This document shows, piece by piece, positions 24,601 to 35,700 of a stretch of DNA of 64,000 bases. The notes beneath the pieces were generated by a model. That model saw only the letters and a program-made list of their open reading frames with translations. It was not told the DNA's origin and ran no database searches. This DNA comes from Eledone cirrhosa. Taxonomy: Eukaryota. Each line of letters opens with the position of its first letter. Position 1 is the stretch's first letter. The position numbers were made by a program, and so were the translations under genes. The DNA lies in contig OZ024758.1 of assembly GCA_964016885.1 (NCBI GenBank), forward strand, positions 1,736,001-1,800,000, given 5' to 3'.

Positions 24601-26858
24601 CATAAGGTTCCCTCAAAGATTCTACTCAAGCTCCACAGTCATTTATATATATATATAGGAAAAGAGCCCGACGGCTGACTCTTTTCCTATTACCCACTCT
24701 ACTACCCTAAGCATCGAGTACTCTGGTGCGTTATTGTCCACCTGGTTCCTTACCACACTTTCTTTGTTTTATATGTGTGTGTGTTAAACAATGAAAGTAA
24801 AACAAAAGTCTAAGATACGTTCTTAATTAGTTCATTTATTTACGATCGTTTCAGAGGGTTTATCATGGTAAATCCCTATATTGACTTACAGGTAGTTGTT
24901 ATGTCACTACCTATTTCTACTCTCGAAATCCCTTCTCCATCTCGCTATCTCCCTCGCGAATATGTTCGCAAACACATCTCAGTACTTTAATTTCTCATTC
25001 TATTTTCTGATGAAGAACTAGCGTTTCCTACTATAGGAAACAACCTTAAACTACGAAAGAAAGGAAGATGGGAAGGAATAAACACTACATCCCAGTGAGC
25101 GGGGCCTCAGTCGCACCCTGCCGACAATATGGCACAGAATATCGCGGAGAATGGCTAGAGACACCCGCTGCAACAGCCACGCCACCTCACAGGGCTTCTT
25201 CGTCATGCGAGCCAGTCTTTCCGACTTTACGGAATAAATCAACAGTGCAGGGACTGGTCGGTCAGGCCACGGAATAAAACTTAAACTAAATATCTGACCC
25301 TTTTAAAGTAAATATAAATGTCTAGCATTGGCACAAGCCAACACATTTTATGGAAACGTAGGGTTGATTAAATCGATCCAGTACTTGACTGATACTTTAT
25401 TATATTAATATCGAGAGGATGACCTCAGGGTTTAGTTTAAGGAAATATTAAAACTGCACAAATCTTTCAGGAAGATACCAAAAGCAGTTGTAATATTTTA
25501 ACATTTTATAAGTGAGTTGCGCCCCTTGTTCAAATTAGCAGCTGAAAAACAAATCACGACGGACCACATCACTCGTCTAAAGGTCTGTGTCAAGTCTGGG
25601 GGCTCATCAGGCTGGTTTCCGTGGCCTTAAACGTCTGAGAGTACAAGACTCTCCCCTGGACAAGACGCTAATCCATCGCAGGGTTAGACCCCCAGCTATT
25701 GCTGGTACTCATTTTAAGCTGAGTATACTGGAGCAACGTGAAATGAATTGTTTTGCTCAAGAACACAACACAACCCAGTTCAAGAATCGAACATGAACTT
25801 GCTGCACCATACAACTCATTAGATGACCTCAACTGAGAAAGTTGACATCAGCGGTATTTAAACTCAGACCATAAAAAAAACTACCAATAAATACCGTAGT
25901 ATCTTTTGTCTGACATTCCTCTACCAAATAATGTAAACAGCGACCTAGTAAAATCAAGATAAACCCTTGAGGGTAAAAAAGGGGAGAGTTTCGGAACAAA
26001 CACTCTACAAGTTTTTTACGAAAACAATTTTGGTAAAATAATTTTTTTATTCTCGCAGACTCACAAATTTATAGAAAAGCATTTGCTAGAGTTCACTAGT
26101 AGAAAAGGGTTCACTAATAGAAAAGGGTTCGCTAATAGAAAAACATTTTTTTCATATTTTGTTTTTCGTGTTTTCAAGATGAACAAGTTGAACATTTTAA
26201 AATATTATCTTCACTGTTTTTCCAATAAATATATGAATAAATAAATAAATGGGTTTTATTTTAAACTATCCAAGATATAAAACACGTGGTAATTAAGACT
26301 TAACTTGTTGACAAACTAAGAATTTAGACCTAAAAGTTTCGTATAGAAATTTCACAATTATATAATTTACTTTATAAAGCTTCATATTTTGTAGAGTAGC
26401 AAGATAATATTTAAAATTTAATTCATAATATTTTTACCCCTCTCTGTTTTTTCATTATTTTTTTAATCTGATATTGAAAAGCAATTTAGCAAAACAGTTC
26501 AAATGAGATGGAAAACACGAAGTTTACGAGTATTTTGGTTATTTTAATTGAGTGGATAACACAATTTAATAAATAGATTGGTTACGGTATATAAGTACAG
26601 TTAGATATTCCAACGAAAGAAGATGACATGAAGGTCAGCAAAGGACTAACAAAACACACACGTATATATTAACAAACAAAAGAAATATGAAAATATCTAC
26701 AACTTTTCAATATTAATTGAATGCTTACCAGAACATAACCGAGAGGACAGGCTGAAATGCCTGTAGGTCTGTAATGTCGATGTTATAACTGGGGAAGGTC
26801 GACTAATTAACCTGGCAGCACAAGAAAAAGCACTTCGTGTTATAGTAACAAACGCCAT
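19081..26858 (-). CDS. GCSH: Glycine cleavage system H protein, mitochondrial (167 aa)
   Basis: Exons 26858-26729, 22551-22472, 20234-20171, 19532-19401, 19178-19081 sum to 504 nt. Arg/Ser-rich presequence, then [32 protein letters not shown], lipoyl motif [20 protein letters not shown] and [14 protein letters not shown]. Confidence 0.96.
21556..21775. repeat. (CT)n(AT)n and (GT)n compound microsatellites
   Basis: Visible. Confidence 0.9.
23585..23820. repeat. ~37-bp G-rich tandem repeat (GCAGTACTTACAGTCTAACATGTCAGGGGTGGGGAGG)
   Basis: 4-5 good units plus degenerate ones. Confidence 0.85.
24030..24256 (+). mobile_element. RTE-tailed SINE-like element with (GAT)n tail (representative copy)
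   Basis: AAAAGCACCCAG..GGTGTTAGGAAGGGCATCCAGCTGTAGAAA..AACCCATGCTAGCGTGGAA..GGACGT..GATGATGAT. Copies near 22195-22392, 33066-33235 (-), 41710-41900 (-), 52000-52183, 54155-54365, 55594-55830 (-). Confidence 0.75.
25051..25275 (-). mobile_element. Fragment of a CRE-like (restriction-like endonuclease) non-LTR retrotransposon C-terminus
   Basis: GC-rich island; minus-strand [25 protein letters not shown] resembles the L.QR.S.A..RGN C-terminal motif of CRE-clade elements. Confidence 0.5.
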
Positions 26859-28984
26859 ACTTCGCTTAAATTAGTTCTTAACTGTACAATATCGAGATAA
26901 AACTACCAACTCTGCTTCGCTCTAGCTATCTTCATGTGTGAGTGACTGTCAACATGCGTCTACACAATTGTATGTTTATAGTAGTAACACCAAATAACTA
27001 TTTGTCTGTGTGTATGTGAGTGTGTGTGAAGACCATTGAACACTGCCAACGTTTTCTTACACCCTCACACGTGTATCATACAAATTTAGTACCGAGGGTA
27101 ACAACTCGTTGTCCCCACCTCTATGAAATATACAAGTGGGAGGAGCCTTGTCTGTTTTCCATTTCGTTTTTATTTCTTCTCATCTCCGTATTTAGTTACG
27201 AGTCAGAACAATTCTGAATTCAAATCCCGTCCTGTTAAATTTTGCCTTTCGTAACCACGAAGTATTAGCAATAATAAATATATTAAATGGATTATAACTC
27301 TCCTTTTCGTTTCTGAATAAATAGCTTTTGTAACTCTTTACTATTAAATATGTAAACAGTATGTGTTATATAACAAACTTCTATCGTTGTCGTATAAAGT
27401 GTGTGTACGTTGATATTCTCTCTTTCACTCGCTGCCACCGTCTCTCTCTCTCCATCTCTCACTATTATAAGCAAATGGGGTCCCGCGACCCCGGCGGACA
27501 GAATAGAAAAGGTGTTTTTCCCGGAGGATGCTTCTATTTTTATGAAACCCTCCTTATAAATCATCTAAACGAAGGCGGCTCTATGTAGTCAACCTGCTGG
27601 AAATAACAACAAAATACCCAATACTATCTTTTAAAAAAATAAAGGAAGAGCACATTTATGTAGAGGTAATGAGATGATATAATTAAGTTAGGAATACCTT
27701 TGTTCACAGATCAGGTTCATCGGAGCTGATCCGAGGTTAAATAACTTAGCCACATGTATTAAATAACTCAACCAAGGTATTCATATGTAAAGCAAGCTCT
27801 ACGGTTCTAATTACGTTCAGACGGTTAATTGGTAAATTCGTTACGGCATCTTATTAAATACCTAGGTTTTTGTTCCAGTTCCTTGATTTTTTATTTTATG
27901 GCAGTATCGGTAAGAGGGTCCGACACCATGCTTTGCAGCATAGAGTTACGGCTCTTTACGGTCTGAGTTCAAATCCCTCCGAGGTTAACTTTGCCTTTCA
28001 TCCTTACGGGGTCGATAAAATAAAGTACCAGTAATGCGCTGGGGTAATTGCTGGCCTTGTTCCAAAAGTAGAAATAATTATTATAATAATTTTTTTTTTT
28101 TGTTGCTTTCTGGATTAAAATTCTAAAGTTTGTCTGAAACCCGGAGATTCACGAGGCCAGTGCTTATCCTGGTTTCCAGGATATGAAGAGATTACAAGAC
28201 CCCTCCACCGACTGGACAGGACCCCAGTCAACCTGATATAGTGTTATTTCTTTTGCGAAGTTCAGTTTCTTGAAATCAACCCCCAGTGCATTACTGGTAC
28301 TTTATTTTATCATCAACCCCCGTAAGGATAAAAGGCAAAGTTGACCTTGTCAGGATTTGAACTCAGAATGTAAAGAGCCAGAACAAACACTGCAAAGCAT
28401 TTGTCTGATTCTCTCACAGCTCAGTCAACCTACCTGAATAATAAGGGTTTCTGATTTAGGGACAAGGCCAGCAATTTGGGGGAGAGGGGAAAGTTGATTA
28501 TATCGACCCCAGTGCATTACTGGTACTTTATTTTATTGACCCCTGTAAGGATGAAAGGCAAAATTAACCTCGGCAGGATTCAAACTCAGAATGTAAAGGG
28601 CCGTGACTCTATGCCACGAAGAAAGTTATCCGATGCTCTACCAGTTCTGCCAAACCACCATCCTTCTTATATTAACAACACTTATTCATGATTTTGAATA
28701 CCTTGGTATGAGAGCAGAGTTATCTCTGAAGAGTTCTTCAATGTCACAGAGGTTACTGATAACAAATTGAAGATCAACTGTGGTTTCATATGAAAACCAT
28801 AACTGGTAGGGTCCAAAAGAATGTGATCACAAATACAATTGGCTGAAATAGGGTTCCTCTGAAGGGTCTTTGGAGTAACATGACTCAATAAATTGCGTAA
28901 CTTGGAGATCAGACAGAGAGTCACTCCAGGTAGAGCCTCTACTTCTCCGAATTCAGAGATCACAACTCTGATAGTACAGGCATG

Positions 28985-29255
28985 TGGTTAGAATGTCCCA
29001 GGAAAGAATTGCTGGACAGATTTTATGGGCAAACTCAACTGGCAGGAGACCTAGAGGTAGAACCCAAGCAGGATGATTGGATAACATCCATCATCTTGGC
29101 TGGTCTTGCTTGGGGATCCAGCTAGATCACAGATCAGTTTGAGATGAAAGAGGGGGAGAAGAAAAGAAGGGAGGGTCATGAGGGCAGAGTCCTCTAACAT
29201 GCCCTCCAGTGGGTCCTGTCAGAAACAGCTAGATCCCCAAGTGAGACCAGCCAGT
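28985..29255 (+). mobile_element. LINE (RTE-like) ORF2 C-terminal remnant
   Basis: VRMSQERIAGQILWANSTGRRPRGR; homologous to 46000-46270 (-) and 58926-59110 (-). Confidence 0.65.
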
Positions 29256-30002
29256 TACTTATGACACATCATCATCATCATCATCATCATCATTTTACGC
29301 CCGCTTTTCCATGCTTGCAAGGGTGGGTTAAGAGCCTGTATAATAATATTAATTCCACATCAATGAAATTCAGACAAAACTTGTGAAGTGTTCATGGCAT
29401 AATAACATTTTTATATTTGAGAAGTTGACAAAGACAACCCATCACACAAAACATTTGAAAGGTGTTTCATATTGACATGTAATAAAGTAGAAAGCCGACC
29501 TAACACAAAGTACTTAACTTTAGGTTTAGCTCAGTATATATTATTGAAACCCTTTTGTTCCATATCCAACAAAACAGTTAAATGAGGTCATACAGAAAAC
29601 TGCAATGACTTAAGTGAAGTTTCCTATATTAACCATAACTTAGGGTCCAATGATATTCTGAGGATAAGAAAAAGTTCAAAAGGTCAGTTATGTGTACATA
29701 TTCAGTAGACCTCATCTAGTTTGAATGGAAAGAGATGGGGATGTGTATGATGGTAACACAATGGCCTGGATAACTAAAGATGTCGGTTCAATACTCATCC
29801 TTTTCCATTTTTTAGAGGGTTTTAAACCCCACTATCAGGCTAAACATTTTTTAGGTAAAAATATGGTGAAAGCTTTTATTTCTACTAAATTTCAAATTTC
29901 TTGATATTCTGGCTGAGATTGTTTTAGGCAGCAATGTAAAAAGTGTGGAAACGTGTTCAGAATATTCCATTATCATTGATGAAATGTCAGACATTGGAAG
30001 AT

Positions 30003-30427
30003 TTAACCCTTTAGCATCTACATTACTCTATATTTACTATTAATCCTTTAGTATTTACATTACTCTATATTTACTATCAAATCCCGCCGAGGTTAACTTT
30101 GCCTTTCATCCTTACGGGGTCGATAAAATAAAGTACCAGTAATGTACTGGGTATTTGCTGGCCTTGTGCCAAAAGGTAGAAACAATTACTCTATATTTAC
30201 TATTAACCCTTTAGCATCTACATTTCTCTATATTTACTATTAACCCTTTAGCATTTACATTACTCTATATTTACTATTAACCCTTTAGTATTTACATTAC
30301 TCTATATTTACTATTAACCCTTTAGTATTTACATTACTCTATATTTACTATTAACCCTTTAGTATTTACATTACTCTATATTTACTATTAACCCTTTAGT
30401 ATTTACATTACTCTATATTTACTATTA
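30003..30427. repeat. 37-bp tandem array of the MITE terminus (TTAACCCTTTAGTATTTACATTACTCTATATTTACTA), interrupted by a SINE-A fragment
   Basis: About 8-9 units; SINE piece at 30079-30188. Confidence 0.88.
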
Positions 30428-30748
30428 TTTTCAGGTGATAAGAGTTAAATATAAAATAAGGTCAAGAGATAAATTTAAAACATTTACTTTGCCGACCTGA
30501 AGAACAGTTTTATCTATAAGGTTTAAATCATCATCATCACCAACTACACCAACAACCACCTACACCACCAATACCCCCCTCCCCTCCAATCACCTACACC
30601 ACCACCACCACCAACAACAACAACACACACTGCTGCGTCTGCCACCACTATCACCCTCACTACCAGAAAATATACATACATTTTGTATATAACATAGATT
30701 TATATTATAACTAGTGTATATTGTTGTCGGTGTATAACAATAGATTGT

Positions 30749-31556
30749 TTAACCCTTTAGCATTTAAACCAGTTGTATTCAGCCAGAATTATCTCACCTC
30801 TTTCTGTTCAAACCAGCTGTAACTGGCCACTTATAATGATGTTAAGGTTCTCAAAATAGCATCGAAATCTCATAGCTTCGATATTATGTGAGATAAAGCC
30901 TTTACTACGAGTTGTAGTGCACCTGAGCACTTTACACAATAATTTCATTATTATTATTAAAATAAAATAGTATATATAGAGTAATGTAGATGTTATGTGA
31001 GGTAAAGCCTTTACTGTGAAAATACAATAGTATATATAGAGTAATGTAAATGTTATGTGAGGTAAAGTCTTTACTGTGAAAATACAATAGTATATATAGA
31101 GTAATGTAAATGTTATGTGAGATATTATGTGAGGTAAAGCCTTTACTGTGAAAATACAATAGTATATATAGAGTAATGTAAATGTTATGTGAGATATTAT
31201 GTGAGGTAAAGCCTTTACTGTGAAAATACAATAGTATATATCGAGTAATGTAAATGCTATGTGAGGTATTATGTGAGGTAAAGCCTTTACTGTGAAAATA
31301 CAATAGTATATATCGAGTAATGTAAATGCTATGTGAGGTATTATGTGAGGTAAAGCCTTTACTGTGAAAATACAATAGTATATAGAGAGTAATGTAAATG
31401 CTATGTGAGGTATTATGTGAGGTAAAGCCTTTACTGTGAAAATACAATAGTATATATAGAGTAATGTAAATGCTATGTGAGGTATTATGTGAGGTAAAGC
31501 CTTTACTGTGAAAATACAATAGTATATATCGAGTAATGTAAATGCTGAAGAGTTAA
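30749..31556 (+). repeat. piggyBac-like MITE with internal 60/72-bp tandem expansion
   Basis: Both MITE termini retained; about 8 internal units of TATTATGTGAGGTAAAGCCTTTACTGTGAAAATACAATAGTATATATAGAGTAATGTAAATG(TTATGTGAGA). Confidence 0.9.
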
Positions 31557-32133
31557 ACACTGAGTGAAACTGTTTCCAGGTCCTCACCCACCAAATATTA
31601 AAACGCTAATCCAGTTTAATTTGCATTATTTAATATGAAAGGTGGATTGGCAGTATCGGTAGAGGGTCGGACGCCATGCTTTCCAGTATAGTTACGTCCC
31701 TTTACGATCTAAGTTCAAATCCCGCCGAGGTTGACTTTGCCTTTCATCCTTACGGGGTCGATAAAATAAAGTACCAGTAATGCACTGGGTAATTGCTGGC
31801 CTTGTGCCTAAAGTAGAAACAATTATTTAATATGAAAGATCATAGAATAACAAACTGGATTTTCAATTAATATTTTGACAAAGTTCCCATTCAAAGTTAA
31901 GCCAAACTAAAGTAACCAGACAACCACAGTGAGATTTGTTTTGAGATAATAGTTCCTTATCAGTTTAAGCTTTCAAAATACACATTCTAGGTGGTCATTA
32001 GAATGTTGGATAGAATGCTTTGTGGTATTTGTTCCAGCTCTCTGAGTTCAAATCCTGCCAAATCTTTGTGCACCCAACCCACGCTGTAAAGTGGTTGTGC
32101 TGGCAACATGACAAAAAGCACCCAACCGACACT

Positions 32134-32300
32134 GTGGGCCAAAAGTCACTTCTTAACTATTTTTATTAATAAAATATTACAAATTAACTTAAAACTAATT
32201 TTTCGTGGAGTTTTCCATAATTGGATCTTGTTTTTATTCGACTTTAATCTGAAAGAAAAAATGAATTTTTTTAATAGAAAGTGACTTTTGGCCCACCCTG
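32134..32300. mobile_element. Tc1-like MITE
   Basis: Inverted termini GTGGGCCAAAAGTCACTT / AAGTGACTTTTGGCCCACCCTG-TA. Confidence 0.7.
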
Positions 32301-32491
32301 TATGTATGTGTAAACAGATAATATGTATTAGCATTCAGTTGAATTTAAGTGAAAAACTTGTGAGACCAAGTTAAGGGACTTGATCACCTTCAGTTATTTC
32401 CCTTGAAGTTAGCTGTTGTCAATGAAGTGTCTCTTAGCTACCAGTGTAAACAGTTGAGGGCACTTGCTGGTGACGGAAAATAACAATAAAT

Positions 32492-32661
32492 ATGCCTGAT
32501 TTAAGAGAACTCTCTATGGATAGGCCTGTATCAGAAAAGATTGAAGAGATGAAGGCTAAGAAGTGTCTTCTGGGTAAGATTTTGTATTGTATTGTCTATT
32601 TTCTTTATTAGACCTGGATAATTATATATATATGTTTGTATATATATGTCACACACACACA

Positions 32662-32721
<60 letters not shown>

Positions 32722-32744
32722 TGGAATTATATATATATATAAAG

Positions 32745-32779
<35 letters not shown>

Positions 32780-35700
32780 TATTGATGATTTATAATATCA
32801 TATCATCATTTTACGTCCGCTTTTCCCAGCTTGCAAGGGTGGGACGCGTCCTCTTCAGTACAGCATCTCTCCATTCATCACAGTCTCTTGTTATCTCTTC
32901 TGTGAGCTTCAGCAATCTGAGGTCAGCTTTCACCACCTCTGCCCATTATATATATATATATATGTGTGTATAAAATAGTCCAAGACAGAACAAACAAAAG
33001 AGAGAGTGAGAAATGTCTTCGACAGAATAAGAACTGTTTCATTCATATAGAATCATCTGGAACACATCATCATCATCATCATTTTACGTCCGCTTTTCCC
33101 TGCTTGCAAGGGTGGGACGGGAACTGATTCTGGCTTGATTTCTACAGCTGGATGCCCTTCCTAACACCAACCTCATTTACAGTGAGTGCTGGGTGCTTTT
33201 TTGCCGTGGTACCTCCACGACCACTTTGCAGTGGAATGATAGGGACCCCAGTCCCTATCATCTCATTTCTACAGCTGAGTAAACTGGAGCAATGTGAAAT
33301 AAAGTGTCTTGCTCAAGGAAACAACACATCACCCGGTCTGAGAATTGAACTCACAACCTTTCGATTGCAAGGCCAATGCTCTAACCACTAAGCCATGTGC
33401 CTCCATACACATGTGTTTGAGTGTTTGAATTTTGCATTAAAAAACAAAAGCAGTAGTTTGATATTGTTTGCTATTTTCTATATATTTATTTATTCATTTA
33501 TATAATTATTTATGATGTATGTATGTGTTAATGTGTATTTAAATCATGTGAAACTATATTCCGGTACAAGGGCTGATGATGCAACATGATGTTGATGTGA
33601 CTTTGTCTCATTTGTTCCTCTCTCCCTATCACTTCTCCTGGCCAACACTCTTCTAGCCATTTATTCCTGTCCTTTGAGCTAAGATTTTACCTGACGCCGT
33701 CATTGATGGCAGTTTGCTGTTTTGGCAGCTATCCTTTAATTAAGTTTTTCTCGTTAATCTAAATATTTATTTATATATTTTGTATGCTAAGATGGTGACC
33801 GAAAAGCTTATAATGAAATCTCTCAGCTGACAATTAAGAGAAATAAGGAGAAAATAAAAACACTGAGAAAAGAAAATAAAGAACTTCGTCAAAAACTTCA
33901 TGATTTACATATGGTAATTATTTTTCTTCACTTAAAATTGATCTAAAACTTACCTTCTATACTTGAATATAAACCAAGAAATATGTGTCTTAAAAATTTG
34001 ATGGTAATATACAACAATATTGATGTTGTTCACCATAGAAAACTACCTTTGGCATCCTAGAGTCTTTCATGTGTGAGACATGACCTGCCCAGTGGAGCTG
34101 TCTGACCATCAGCATGCTCTCGATGCTTGTGATATCGCCCCTCTTGAGAACTTCCTCATTTGTTACATAGTCCTGCCAACAGATGCCTATGATGGAACGA
34201 AGGAATTGCTGACTGAATATTTCCAGTAGCTTGATCTGCTTCCGGTACAGGACTCAGCTTTCAGCTCCGTATGGAGGGGGGTGGGGGGTTAGTTAAACTA
34301 ACAACATTACTATATCTCAATAAATGTAATAGCTTAGCTCACTACATCTGCTGTATGATTAAAAAAAATGTTTGAATTCTCACCTCTTTCCAGAAAGATG
34401 AAGCTGTGATAAACAGAGCATTAAAAGACAAACCAAGTGAGCGGGCATCTTTAAAAAACAAAACTGGGGAGGTAAAGAAATTGTTTAATCCTCTTTGGTA
34501 CTGTTTCTTGTTTTAAATCTTTACCATTTACATTAGTCTATATTTGCTATTGTATTTTCACAGTAAAGGCTTTATCTCACATAACATTTACATTACTCTT
34601 TATATACTATTATATTTTCACGATAAAGTCTTTACCTCACATAATATTGAATCTATGAGATTTTGATGTTATTTATTTTGAGAACAATACTTTAAAATAA
34701 GTATGAGCAGCTGGTTACAGCCAGTTTGAACAGAAAGAGGTGAGAGAATTCTGGTCAGATATGGCTAACTTCTCTTTTTTTAACCCTTTAGCAATTAAAC
34801 CGGCTGTATCCGGCTAGAATTCTCTCACCTCTCTCTGTTCAAACTAGCTGTAACCGGCTGCTTATACTGATGTTAAGGTATAGTTCTGAAAATAAATAAT
34901 ATAAAAATCTCATAGATTCAATATTATGTGAGATAATTATGTGATATAAAGCCTTTACAGTGAAAATACAATAGTAAATATAGAGTAATGTAAATGGTAA
35001 AGGGTTAATATTTTTTAATTTTTAATTTTTTAAATTTATTTTTATTATTTTTTATTTTTTTTTATTTCAGGAAGCCATAACTATTTTGGATCATAAAGTC
35101 TCAGACGGCACCAGATTACTCAACTCCCTGAAACATCAGGTCGCAGTAAAACAAAAACAACTGGTAGAGATGAAGACAAAATACAATGAACAACAACAAG
35201 TAGCCATCTTAGCAATAACAACAGATAAAAGAGAATCGGCAGAAGCCCAGGTTTAATCTTTTTCTTATTTCTAATAAAAAATATAACATCTACCTATGAT
35301 ATTCACAGGTTTAACCTTTTACATTACTCTATAAATACTATTGTATTTTCACAGTAAAGTCTTTACCTCACATAATATCTCACATAACATTTACATTATA
35401 TATACTAGTGTATTTTCAAGGTAAAGGCTTTACCTCATGTAATATCAAATCTATGATATTTTGACATTATTTATTTTGAGAACAATACCTTAACATAAGT
35501 ATAAGTGGCTGGTTACGGCCGGTTTGAACAGATATAACAGTTACCTGTGATTTTCACAGGTTTAAATCTTTAGCATTTAATGGCCAGAATTCTCTCAACT
35601 CTTTCTGTTCATACCGGACAGAACTGGCCACTCATACCGACTTTAAGGTATTCACTTAATAATTTTTCAGATATATTACTTTTCTATATTACAGAGAATA

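Noticed and set aside
30808-31587. 259-aa and 195-aa repetitive ORFs (also 40727-41572 and 53132-53754)
   Set aside because: Translations of the MITE-derived 60/72-bp arrays.
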